Notes under the pieces: generated by a model
Databases searched by the model: none
What the model was told of the DNA's origin: nothing
Seen by the model: only the letters and a program-made list of their open reading frames with translations
Position numbers and translations under genes: made by a program
Part shown: in pieces, positions 9,086 to 17,848 of the stretch
How positions within the stretch are numbered: the stretch's first letter is position 1
How the letters are laid out: each line of letters opens with the position of its first letter
Virus record (IMG/VR): IMGVR_UViG_3300042340_000394
Location: 1-64,000 of that record
Source of the DNA: a virus
Lineage: Duplodnaviria > Caudoviricetes
Length of the DNA: 64,000 nt
Direction: 5' to 3' (one strand)

Positions 9086-9303
9086 GCCGCGCTCCCGTCG
9101 AGGTTCGGGAGCACGATCACGCGCGCTTCGAGGCGACGGGAGAGTTCTTCGCGGATCGCGACGATGCGCGCGCTGGTCGCCGCGTCGAAGCCTGTGAACC
9201 CTTCTACGTCGTCGGCGTGGGCGCCGTCGAGCACGTCGAGAAGGGCGCGGGCCGCGATGGCGGCGAGTTCGTCGTTGCGGCGATGCTTGAGTTCGTTGTG
9301 CAT
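9082..9303 (-). CDS. Hypothetical protein
   Basis: Class I promoter upstream (gcaagatc...cgtagaagaggcaccATG). Confidence 0.6.
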   Translation of the reverse strand: MHNELKHRRNDELAAIAARALLDVLDGAHADDVEGFTGFDAATSARIVAIREELSRRLEARVIVLPNLDGSAA

Positions 9304-9450
9304 GGTGCCTCTTCTACGTCGCCCGCGTTGGTGATCTTGCGCGGCGTCGCCGATTTCTTGCGGAGGCCAAATAAACAACGGGCGCCGAAACGTTCGACGC
9401 CCGATGCCCCAAGAACTGCGGAACTTGGCTTGTCGTTCGCCGAAGCGAAC

Positions 9451-9823
9451 TGGTGGAGTCGCGGGGAATCGAACCCCGGTCCTGCACAACTAAGAGTCAG
9501 AGCATTTGCAGCGTTTCCAGTGGTTTATCAGCTACCGCGTCGCGCCCACTGGCAGGCTCAACACGATCGGCTCGACTGTTAGGTTTTCATCTGCGGCGCC
9601 CGTCGGCGGCGTCGCGGCCTAGCTCACTTTATTTGCACTCCGGGTCACCATGAGCGGGGTGACGATCGGAGAGGCTTTCGCGGGTCGCTCTCAGGCAGCG
9701 GCGGCGAAGGCGGGAACGAAGTTATCGTTCGCATTTGAGGCTTCCGCGCGTGTTTACGTTGTGCGCGAACTCAACGGCTGCACCTCAATCGTCGTCGCTG
9801 CCCAGTCGAAACCTTTCGACCCC
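9451..9823 (-). ncRNA. ssrA: tmRNA; tag peptide ANDNFVPAFAAAA
   Basis: 5' GGGGTCG pairs with 3' CGACTCC-ACCA, including the G3-U70 Ala determinant. T-arm is GGGGTTCGATTCCCC. Resume ORF reads GCG AAC GAT AAC...GCT GCC TGA. Confidence 0.96.
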
Positions 9824-9952
9824 GTGGTGAAAACCTAACACACACCCGACGTTGTGTCCGCCGAGAACATTCACCCGATGCGAGAAGTCGGCTCGGCTGG
9901 AGACGCAGAATAGACAGCGTGCGACACTGTTAAGTGACGCCCGCGGGAAATA

Positions 9953-10720
9953 CTACGGGATACCAGCCTCGTATCCCCGTCGCATCGCCTCGGCGTCCCC
10001 GTTGAAGCATCGGCGGCAGGCGTCGCACGCCCCGGTGCAGTCTGTGAGGGTGTTGAGCGGGCAGACGGCGGGATCGGAGATGTCGCTGCCGGTCGTCGGA
10101 GTGTATCGCTTGTAGAAGATCACCGAGACGCCGAGCGTCGCACCGGGCGGCGGGACTTCGTTCTTCTCGCACTGGTAGCTAAAGAAGTAGTTCCGGCTCT
10201 TCGGGGAGTTCGCGAGGAATGCGTCCTTCCGATCCAGCGACGTTTTGTCGAGCGAGAAGTGTACGTGCGCGTTTTCCCCGTGATCGATTTGTGCGGCGAG
10301 CGCAGGGATGCGCGTGACGATCCAGAGCGTGATGTCGGGCCGCGTCGCGATGATGCGGTTGATCGCGACCACCGCTGACGGGGTGAGGTCGCCTACGCCG
10401 TTCCACCTCAGATACGGGAGCTTGCCCTTGTCGTACTCTCTGATGATCCGCTCTGCGAACGCCACCGGGTCGGCATCCATCGTGCGTTGTGTGCGAGACT
10501 GTTTTCGGAGCGAAGACGGCCACGATTGGCTGTTGTTACCGGCGTAGCAGTCGCGGATACAGAGCTTACTCGGCTGACACGTACCTGCGATCGGAACGTT
10601 GACAGTCGCTCCGGCGACGCGGTTGGAGGATAGAACCTTCTCGCTCGGAGCGAGCATCGGCGACTCTTGAAGAATCGGCAGTGTCTTGCGGATGAGTTTC
10701 GCGACAGTCGGTTCCGTCAT
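9953..10720 (-). CDS. Phage GP88-like Cys-rich (Fe-S / radical-SAM-like) protein
   Basis: TCQPSKLCIRDCYA, LRWNGVGDL and C-terminal CP...CDACRRC motifs. Confidence 0.65.
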   Translation of the reverse strand: MTEPTVAKLIRKTLPILQESPMLAPSEKVLSSNRVAGATVNVPIAGTCQPSKLCIRDCYAGNNSQSWPSSLRKQSRTQRTMDADPVAFAERIIREYDKGKLPYLRWNGVGDLTPSAVVAINRIIATRPDITLWIVTRIPALAAQIDHGENAHVHFSLDKTSLDRKDAFLANSPKSRNYFFSYQCEKNEVPPPGATLGVSVIFYKRYTPTTGSDISDPAVCPLNTLTDCTGACDACRRCFNGDAEAMRRGYEAGIP

Positions 10721-11056
10721 AGGCCGTACCTTTACGTGATTGCGCGTCGAGTTTTCAACTCGCAAACGTAGTCTACGTCTGTAACGTATTAGATATTCAC
10801 GACAATCGGCGATGCTCCGGCTCGATCCCCGACGTGGCGCAGTCGCGGAACGCCGCCTCCCACGTCGCACCGCGCCCGTACGCGATGGTCACCAGCGGGC
10901 GACCGTGCAGCGTGTACCGGACGCCCACGGCGTAGCGCCGCGCGGGCTCCGACGGTCCGAGGTCGAGCGCCATTCCCCCGTCGCCCCACCGAGCGCGTGC
11001 GTCCCGAAGCGCCGCCTCGCGGTCGAAGTTCGGCGGGCGCATTCTGCCACCGCGGC

Positions 11057-11335
11057 TCACGACCACGCCTCGCAGAAGCACGCGCCGTTGCCCTGATCGT
11101 CGTCCCAGCACACGTCGTCGGGAACGTTGCCGCCCGCGAGTTCGTGTTGCAGAAGTCCGGGGCACGCGCGCACCTCGCGCCAGCGGCCCGAGAGGTTGCG
11201 CGACCATCGCCCGCCGCGAGCACGGCGCCACCGCTGCCTCGACGCGCCCCACCGGGCGGGCATGATGGCGGCGCAGAAGCGCACGTACGCCCGCACGGGC
11301 GGCATCGTTGGGGTGTCGGTTAGGTCGAGGTTCAC
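11057..11335 (-). CDS. Hypothetical protein
   Basis: AGGAGA before GTG; operon context. Confidence 0.45.
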   Translation of the reverse strand: MNLDLTDTPTMPPVRAYVRFCAAIMPARWGASRQRWRRARGGRWSRNLSGRWREVRACPGLLQHELAGGNVPDDVCWDDDQGNGACFCEAWS

Positions 11336-11344
11336 GTCGTTCTC

Positions 11345-11734
11345 CTAGAACTCCAGTGCGAGAATGCGCTCCGCGAGCGCGAGTGTCTGCGGGCAGTCGA
11401 GGCGCTTGCGCGTGCCTTCGACGATCACGTCGATGGGAACGTCCATGCGGTTCTTGAGCGCCTCCATCGAGGTCAAGAACGCCCACGTCTCGATCGGCGC
11501 CGTCGCCACGCCGAGTCGCGCACAGACGATTTGCTCGACGGCGCGAGCGCGGCACTCCATCGCCACGCGGTCGCCGGGACGCACGTCCATCAAGGCGTAG
11601 TGCACGCTCTCGCGGTCCCACTCGGGCAGCGCGAGTTCGATGCCGTGGCACGCCTCGTGGGCGGCGTCCCGAAGGTCGTGCGGGTTCGACCCGCGCGCCG
11701 CAACAGCGGCGATGATTGCGGCGGCGGTGCTCAC
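11345..11734 (-). CDS. HExxH putative metallopeptidase-like protein
   Basis: AAHEACHG plus a downstream E (MECRARAVE). Confidence 0.55.
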   Translation of the reverse strand: MSTAAAIIAAVAARGSNPHDLRDAAHEACHGIELALPEWDRESVHYALMDVRPGDRVAMECRARAVEQIVCARLGVATAPIETWAFLTSMEALKNRMDVPIDVIVEGTRKRLDCPQTLALAERILALEF

Positions 11735-12033
11735 GATGCCTCCTTCCCCGCGTCGCACGCGGGCTCCGCCGCGGGTTCGGCGCTCGCGTCGCACTCGAAG
11801 TACCAGACGCTCGCGCCGTAGACGTTCTCGTCGCGGTGAATGATCCCGCCGACGCGGAACGTCGGGTCGACGGCGCCGCGTACCGAGATGCGGCGGCTGC
11901 GATCGCCGTAACCGCGTTGCGCGATGCTCGCGGGGCCGATGCTTGACTCCGTAACGACGCAGCGCACGATCGTTCCGTCGGAGTCGCGAACCATCACGTC
12001 GGTGCCTACGGGCGGGAGCGGCTTGGTGTTCAT
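11731..12033 (-). CDS. Hypothetical protein
   Basis: Class I promoter at 12034-12070. Confidence 0.6.
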   Translation of the reverse strand: MNTKPLPPVGTDVMVRDSDGTIVRCVVTESSIGPASIAQRGYGDRSRRISVRGAVDPTFRVGGIIHRDENVYGASVWYFECDASAEPAAEPACDAGKEAS

Positions 12034-12085
12034 GCCCACTTCTACGCCCGACGCTCCGCAGTTCTTTACGGAGCCGCGTCGATTT

Positions 12086-12859
12086 TCAGAAGCGGCCCGC
12101 GACGACCACGCCGTCGGCCGACACGCTCACCACCACGGGCGTAGGCGAGCGGAGCGCAGTCGCGATCCACCACGCGGCGCCCGCACCGACGGCGCCGAGC
12201 CCGACGCCGAGCGCGACGTTCGCGCCCGTGGCGTAGTCCGTCGAGGTGCGCGCCCGCGCGAGGCCCTCTTGCGTGGCGCACGTCGCCACGTCGTTCTGCA
12301 CCGTGCAGTCGGAGGTCGCGTCGTTCGCGAGCACACCGAACACCACGCTCGCGGCGAGTGACGCGGCACCGACGGAGAGCAGTGCCACCGCGGGCGTCGT
12401 CGGGGCGAGACTGCGGGGCGGCGTGACCGCCACCACGCGGCGCACGGGTGCCACCGCTGCGACCGTCGGCGGCGCTGCCACGGGCGGCGGAACCGGCGCG
12501 ACGGGCACCGCGGCACTCAGGGCCGCTCGCGCACGGTCACGGATGCGCTCGCAGTCGGTACGCGCCGTCGCGGCGAACGCCTCCGTCGAGTGCGCCGCCG
12601 TGTCGAGGCACACGCCCGCCGCCGTGTTCGCGTCGGCGTTGCGCTCGCCGAGAAGAAGCGCCTGCGCGCGTGCCCACCGCGACCGCAGCGACGGCCCGCT
12701 CGCGCGTTCCAGTTCGTCGATCAACGTCACGGCGTCGGCGTACCGCGACTCGGCCATCGCAGCGCCGATACGCTCCGCGATCGTAGGATTGACGGCGTGG
12801 GCGACGCTCGGGAGTGAGCACGCGACGGCGAAAATGATCGAGGCGATCGAGTGGCGCAT
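12086..12859 (-). CDS. Secreted TPR/PEGA-type protein of myxobacterial style
   Basis: Signal peptide, helical repeat, Pro linker, two Gly/Ala hydrophobic helices, C-terminal GVVVAGRF. Confidence 0.65.
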   Translation of the reverse strand: MRHSIASIIFAVACSLPSVAHAVNPTIAERIGAAMAESRYADAVTLIDELERASGPSLRSRWARAQALLLGERNADANTAAGVCLDTAAHSTEAFAATARTDCERIRDRARAALSAAVPVAPVPPPVAAPPTVAAVAPVRRVVAVTPPRSLAPTTPAVALLSVGAASLAASVVFGVLANDATSDCTVQNDVATCATQEGLARARTSTDYATGANVALGVGLGAVGAGAAWWIATALRSPTPVVVSVSADGVVVAGRF

Positions 12860-12985
12860 TTGGTTCTCGTGGACATGGTACGACACTCGCCGAAAAAATC
12901 TTCACGTCGGTGTTGAATATGTTTCACGGGTGCGTGTAGAGTCGGGTTCTCAGCATCGCAAATCGCGATCACAAGGAGTTACGTC

Positions 12986-13168
12986 ATGGCCCGTGCGAAG
13001 AAGTCCGCGAAGAAGCCCGCCCGCAAGTCCACCAAGAAGGTTCCCGTCAAGACGATCCCCGTGATCGTCGGCGGCAAGACCCACCGCCTCCAGATCAAGG
13101 CGCTGGAGCGCAAGATCAAGGCCGCGAAGGCCGGTCGCAAGCCCGCGAAGCGCCGCTCCGCCCGCTAG
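12986..13168 (+). CDS. Histone H1-like basic protein, candidate DNA condensation or core protein
   Basis: AAGGAG ribosome-binding site; K/A/R-rich (AKKSAKKPARKSTKK). Confidence 0.75.
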   Translation: MARAKKSAKKPARKSTKKVPVKTIPVIVGGKTHRLQIKALERKIKAAKAGRKPAKRRSAR

Positions 13169-13292
13169 TCCGCTCCGCCCGCTCCCGCCTCCGCGTCGAT
13201 TTCTCGACGACCGACTGAATAAACCTCGCGCGCAATCGTCGAACCATCAACGCCGCCCCGGCGTGGTCGCGTTTTCGCGCGAGGAGTTCAAC

Positions 13293-14147
13293 GTGAGCGA
13301 TCGAGTTTCGTCCATGCCCCACAAGCACCACGCACTGGCGTTCGGGTTCCGCTTCGACGCGGAGACGCGTTCGCTGGTGCCCGTCACCCGCGAACTGCTC
13401 GCGTTCGAGCACGGGATCGACGACACGGTACGGTTCCCGTGGGTTCGCGCGGGCTACAGCACCGAGTACGTGCCCGACAACAGCACCGACGTGACGAACA
13501 CGTACGCTGGCGGCGCATGGTCGCGCGCGTGCCCCGTGTTGCTCACGGGCGTCACACTGGTGTTCCCGTCGATCGCCCGTGTCGTCGCCGCGAGCGACGT
13601 GAAGCACGTTCCGATCGACGACAAGCGCGAGGCGTTCGCGTTCCCGCGGCACGGTGGCGACGTTCTGCCCGACACGGCGACCGTCGCCGAACTGCAAGGC
13701 GTGCTCACCGACGCGCTCCTGCACGGCGGCGAAGCGCGCATCCAGCCTCCCGGCAACAACTCGTCGTGCTCCCTCTTCGTGGGGCCGACGCGGTTCCTCC
13801 GTGGCGACGACGGCACGATCGCGTGGCGCCCCGCGGGTCACGTCATCGCCGATCCGGTGGACGCGAAGACGCGCCGCGACGCGGAGGGCGCGATGTGCCA
13901 CCCCAACCGCATCGAGTTCGTGTTCCGCGAGAACGTGCGCAGCGTGCCGTGGCCCGTCACCCTCGACGCGCCCGCCGACGGCGCCTACGTGGTGGTCGAC
14001 TTCGACGTTCGCTGCGAGGTGGCGGAGATCGAGTTCTACAATTCGTTCGACGGCGCGAACGACATCGACAAGCGTAAGGTCGCCGCGCACATCGCCGCCT
14101 TCGGCCCCGAAGCGAACGGCCCGCACGCCGTCCCGAAGCGCGGTTGA
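13293..14147 (+). CDS. Divergent paralog of the candidate capsid protein
   Basis: GAGGAG before GTG. Shares DRVSS, GIDDT, AGYST, DVTxTYxGGA, PPGNNxxCS, PNR and IDKRK in the same order. Confidence 0.8.
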   Translation: MSDRVSSMPHKHHALAFGFRFDAETRSLVPVTRELLAFEHGIDDTVRFPWVRAGYSTEYVPDNSTDVTNTYAGGAWSRACPVLLTGVTLVFPSIARVVAASDVKHVPIDDKREAFAFPRHGGDVLPDTATVAELQGVLTDALLHGGEARIQPPGNNSSCSLFVGPTRFLRGDDGTIAWRPAGHVIADPVDAKTRRDAEGAMCHPNRIEFVFRENVRSVPWPVTLDAPADGAYVVVDFDVRCEVAEIEFYNSFDGANDIDKRKVAAHIAAFGPEANGPHAVPKRG

Positions 14148-14176
14148 TACCTCGCCTCGCTCGCCTCCCTCACCCC

Positions 14177-14211
14177 TTGCGCAGCGCGACGTTTGCGGGC
14201 ATTCTCGCCCC
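14177..14211 (+). promoter_or_regulatory. Class II leaderless promoter, near-identical to the ECF sigma gene promoter
   Basis: TTGCGC-agcgcgacgtttgcggg-CATTCT-cgcccc-ATG. Confidence 0.65.
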
Positions 14212-14769
14212 ATGCCGCGCCACGCCACCCGCAACCCACCCCGCTACGTCGTCGAGTCCGACTACTCCTACGATCGCCCGCACGCCGTCGTGAACGTGCA
14301 GACCGGCGAGCAAGTCGGCCGTCGCTACGCCACGAAGCAGAAGGCGATCGACCTCGCGGAAGCGGAGAACGCGAGTGCCTCCCGACCGCGCCGCGAGTCG
14401 TTCATGTACGCGTACATGCCGAACGGTCGAGCGCAGCGCGCCGGTCGCAAGTCCGCGCGCAACCCGCTCTACCCGTCATCAACGCGCGGCACGAAGCCGC
14501 TCGACGCTCGCACTCACGAGAGTGTGTGGTCCGCGGGATACGAGGCGGCATCGGAGGCGGCGACCTACGCCGCCAAGCACGGGAGGCCCCGCCGTGTCGC
14601 CGCCGATGACCTCTTCGTGATGGCGGCTGGCAAGGACCGGCGTATCCCGTCGGGCATCAACGAGAACCATCCGCAGTTCTGGGGTTACCTCGGCACGTTC
14701 ATCGAGGGAGCGAGGGCGTACGCGAGAGAGCACGCGACGGACCCCGACCGCAGGATCGTCGTCCGATGA
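14212..14769 (+). CDS. Hypothetical protein with two RNP tags
   Basis: MPRHATRNPP and internal RKSARNPL. Confidence 0.75.
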   Translation: MPRHATRNPPRYVVESDYSYDRPHAVVNVQTGEQVGRRYATKQKAIDLAEAENASASRPRRESFMYAYMPNGRAQRAGRKSARNPLYPSSTRGTKPLDARTHESVWSAGYEAASEAATYAAKHGRPRRVAADDLFVMAAGKDRRIPSGINENHPQFWGYLGTFIEGARAYAREHATDPDRRIVVR

Positions 14770-15356
14770 CTACGGCGGCGCGCGATGGCATCATGGCGCT
14801 GCCCGACGATCGCTACCGGCGCGCGATCCTCGCCGCGGTGCGTGCCGTCGGCTCGCTGCACGAGTCGCACGTCGCCGTTCGGCAACTCGGGCGCAGGCGC
14901 TTCATCGCGACGGTGAGCGTGTCGGCTGTTGCGCACAGTCGCATCGGCGACCGCGTGACAACGTGGCGCGACCACGGCGAGGGCGCGACGGAGGCGGAAG
15001 CGATCAACGACGCGATGGCGTCGATCGTCGCCGAACTGCCGCGCGTCGCCCACGCGAACGGCTGCGGGTGCAGCAAGCGCCCGTCGAGTCGCGCGAGCTA
15101 CCGCAACCCGAGCAAGGCAACCGAACTCACGTTGCGCGACAACGCCACCACGCGGGCGATCCTGCGCAAGATCAAGGCGTTCGGCGAGTTCTACGGGGCG
15201 ACGGTCAAGCCGCTTCGTGGCGGCGGCGTCCGCGTGACGCTCACCGTCGAGAACGACCGCAGCCGGGAGTTCGAGCGGTGGAGCGACGTGGGCCGCGGGC
15301 GAACGTCGGCGGAGGCAATCGACGACGCGCTCGAAGGCATCCTCGCGCAGTTGTGA
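14766..15356 (+). CDS. Protein with an internal domain duplication separated by an RNP tag
   Basis: WRDHGEGATEAEAINDA and WSDVGRGRTSAEAIDDA; linker RASYRNPS. Confidence 0.75.
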   Translation: MTTAARDGIMALPDDRYRRAILAAVRAVGSLHESHVAVRQLGRRRFIATVSVSAVAHSRIGDRVTTWRDHGEGATEAEAINDAMASIVAELPRVAHANGCGCSKRPSSRASYRNPSKATELTLRDNATTRAILRKIKAFGEFYGATVKPLRGGGVRVTLTVENDRSREFERWSDVGRGRTSAEAIDDALEGILAQL

Positions 15357-15389
15357 TTGCGTTCTGCGCGGCGTTCGTGTGCACACGGT

Positions 15390-15600
15390 CAAGCTCGCGA
15401 AGGCCGCGATCGGCCCGAGCCCCGAGAGCATCCACGGCTGGACGGAGCGCATGGCGCAGTACCGCCCGCGCGTCGGGCTGCGGCTCTAGATTCGCTGTTG
15501 TGACCGCCCCTCCCCTGACGCTGCTCGGCTTCGGGGAGGGGCTAACGCGGGGAAGCAGCAGAAATCCGCGAACGGTCGGTCGCCTTCGTAGCAGCAACGG
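15390..15600 (+). ncRNA. Candidate structured ncRNA of unknown family
   Basis: Intergenic. Long-range closing stem, perfect 10-bp hairpin, second hairpin with a complementary loop, and an upstream promoter-like sequence shared with 57180. Confidence 0.5.
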
Positions 15601-15618
15601 TACGATCCCGTCAACCGC

Positions 15619-16014
15619 CTAACTGCGAGGGCCGCTGTACGTTCGCGGCGTAGCGCGGTTGCGCCACTTGCTCTTCGGCCCAGTCGGTCGGGGCTGGTAG
15701 GTGTAGCCCGCGACGTACGCCGGGTTACCGGGATGCGCCAGCGGTACGCCAGTCACGGCGTCGATGATGCCGCGAGCGTACGTCACGTCGCCGTTCCATC
15801 CCGCCATGTAGGCCGGGTCTGCGGGGAACTCCGGCGTGCGCTCGCCACGAGCGCGATCCTTCCCGGCGTGGAGGTAGCTCGCAACCTCGTCCTCAGTGCC
15901 CTCTCCGCCCTTCACGTAGCCGATCGGCACGATCGTCCACGCGGCGAACTTCTTGCCGCCGATCGCGGTCATGATGCTGCGCGTCCCCTCCCATGCGTGC
16001 CATCGGATGCTCAT
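15619..16014 (-). CDS. Hypothetical protein
   Basis: Class I promoter; internal PAYxAG repeat. Confidence 0.6.
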   Translation of the reverse strand: MSIRWHAWEGTRSIMTAIGGKKFAAWTIVPIGYVKGGEGTEDEVASYLHAGKDRARGERTPEFPADPAYMAGWNGDVTYARGIIDAVTGVPLAHPGNPAYVAGYTYQPRPTGPKSKWRNRATPRTYSGPRS

Positions 16015-16066
16015 GAGCCATCATACTCCTCTCGCGCCGTGAACCTTACGCGACGGCGTTGATTTT

Positions 16067-16501
16067 TCACGCCACCGCGGCGGCGTAGTCGCGCTGGCAC
16101 GTCGCAGCGAAACGCTCGCGGTCGGCGATGTGAAACTCGATCGCCGTGGGGTTCCACCCGCGCCGCACCTTCGCTGCCGTTTCAGGCGTCACGCGGGTGA
16201 TCGTCTTCTCGTTTTCGTTGACGATGGCCCACGCGGCACTCGCCTCCTCTGGCGTGCCCGCGAGGAACACGCGCAGCCACTCCGCTTCGGCGAGCGCGAC
16301 GGCGCGCATCACGTCGAGGCGAAACAGCCTGTAGGTCGCCGCGCGGTACACGCGGTCGCGAGGCGAGGGGTCTCGGCCGATCGAGCGCGCGAACGCGCAG
16401 ACGTCGGCCACGTCGTTGCGAGAGGATTTCACGCGCAGCGCGTTGCGCCGGAGCGTGACTTCGACCATCGAGGCGACCTGTTCGGGGCGGTTCGTGTTCA
16501 T
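16067..16501 (-). CDS. Hypothetical protein
   Basis: Class I promoter variant (gataagaac...agtacaac). Confidence 0.6.
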   Translation of the reverse strand: MNTNRPEQVASMVEVTLRRNALRVKSSRNDVADVCAFARSIGRDPSPRDRVYRAATYRLFRLDVMRAVALAEAEWLRVFLAGTPEEASAAWAIVNENEKTITRVTPETAAKVRRGWNPTAIEFHIADRERFAATCQRDYAAAVA

Positions 16502-16555
16502 GCTGGTTGTACTCCGTGAGTCCGCGAGTTCTTATCGAGCCCGTGCGAGAAATCG

Positions 16556-16945
16556 CTAGCTCCGCGCGGGGCGCACGTCTCGTCGCGCAACCCACTTCTC
16601 CGACGCGCCGCCGTGGCGGAACACGTACGAGACGCGAACCCGCGTCGCCGTCTCAGCGACGACGGTGCCGAACCGACGCGCGCCGTTCGTCCCCGCCGAC
16701 TTCGACGGGAACGAGACGCGCTGGCCCTCGCGCACGTCGAAGCGCCGGGTGTCGAGCGGGTAGTGGTCGAGCACGACGCCCCATGCGCCGAGGATGCGAA
16801 CCTGCGTGGCGCCCGCGGAGAAGGCCGACTCTTCGATGCCGCGGCGGAGCACGTCGCGCTCGCGGAGAGCCGCCTCGCGGTCGGCGATATCGCCTTCGAC
16901 TGCGGGCCAGCGGACGGTTACGGCGTGGATCTTCTCGGTGAGCAT
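16556..16945 (-). CDS. Hypothetical protein
   Basis: Class I promoter (gcaagaat...cgtagaagggccATG). Confidence 0.6.
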   Translation of the reverse strand: MLTEKIHAVTVRWPAVEGDIADREAALRERDVLRRGIEESAFSAGATQVRILGAWGVVLDHYPLDTRRFDVREGQRVSFPSKSAGTNGARRFGTVVAETATRVRVSYVFRHGGASEKWVARRDVRPARS

Positions 16946-17252
16946 GGCCCTTCTACGCCCGCCGAGCGGCGATTCTTGCGGGGCGATGCGACGCGGCGTC
17001 GGATTTGTCTCGCAGGCAGGCGCACACCTTCTCCCGCGCCGCTCGGGCGGTGTTGACGAGGCGTCGCGAGTGCAGCGGAGCCTCCTCGCCTTCGGTGCCT
17101 TCGGCTTCGGCGAGGAGTACGTCGAGCGCCTCACGGATCGCGCGTAACTGCGCGGGCGTGAAGGTGACGCCGTGGTGGGGTTTCGGGGTGGTTGCGGGAC
17201 GGTTGCGCGGAGGGGGCACGGCTAGATAGACGGCGCCGAACGGGCGTCGATT

Positions 17253-17744
17253 CTAGTCTTCGCCCGTCCACCACTTGAACTCGCCGGGGTCGCGCGGGTC
17301 GTTCGGGAACTTCGCGCGAACGCGCGCGTTGTGCTCGTTCACGAATTCGCAGATATCGCCCGCAACTTCGTTGATCGCCTCGATGTTGCGATCTCGCTCC
17401 GCACGGGCCTTCGCCATGCGGCGCTCCTCGGCGGATCGCGACGTGGCGAACCTGTTCGGCTTCGGCTCCTCGGCGCGCAGCCCCCATCGCCGTCGCGCCT
17501 CGTACCACTTCAGTCCCTTGCTCGCGAAGAACCCGCGCGAGTCGAAGGTATCGCCCCACGCTTCGAGCGTTCGCGTCTTGCCCCAGTCGTCGCTCTGGTG
17601 CCTGTAGTGCAGGAACGGGTCGGTGTAGAACTGCTCGCGCGTGAGCGGCTTCGTGTTGTTCACGGAGCGTCTTACGTCGCGAGACGCGGTGTTCTTGCGT
17701 CCGTTCGCGCGAAATGTTACGTCGGCGTTTCGTCGCTGATTCAT
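17253..17744 (-). CDS. Hypothetical protein with a basic leader (RANG, RRSVNN)
   Basis: TAGACG-N17-TAGCTT-N7-ATG promoter. Confidence 0.65.
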   Translation of the reverse strand: MNQRRNADVTFRANGRKNTASRDVRRSVNNTKPLTREQFYTDPFLHYRHQSDDWGKTRTLEAWGDTFDSRGFFASKGLKWYEARRRWGLRAEEPKPNRFATSRSAEERRMAKARAERDRNIEAINEVAGDICEFVNEHNARVRAKFPNDPRDPGEFKWWTGED

Positions 17745-17848
17745 GAATCCGAAGCTACCCGGTTGCGGCGTTTTCGTCTACCAGCGGCACGGCGCCGCGC
17801 CGATTTCTCCGGCGCCCGCTTCTCCGCGAGGTGTGATACCGTCGGCCG

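Noticed and set aside
9451-9500. tmRNA as a prophage integration boundary
   Set aside because: The same promoter motif and gene style occur on both sides; no integrase or duplicated 3' fragment was seen in the window.
15546-15570. SRP RNA, suggested by GGAAGCAGCA
   Set aside because: The matching CAGG...GNRA half of helix 8 is absent.
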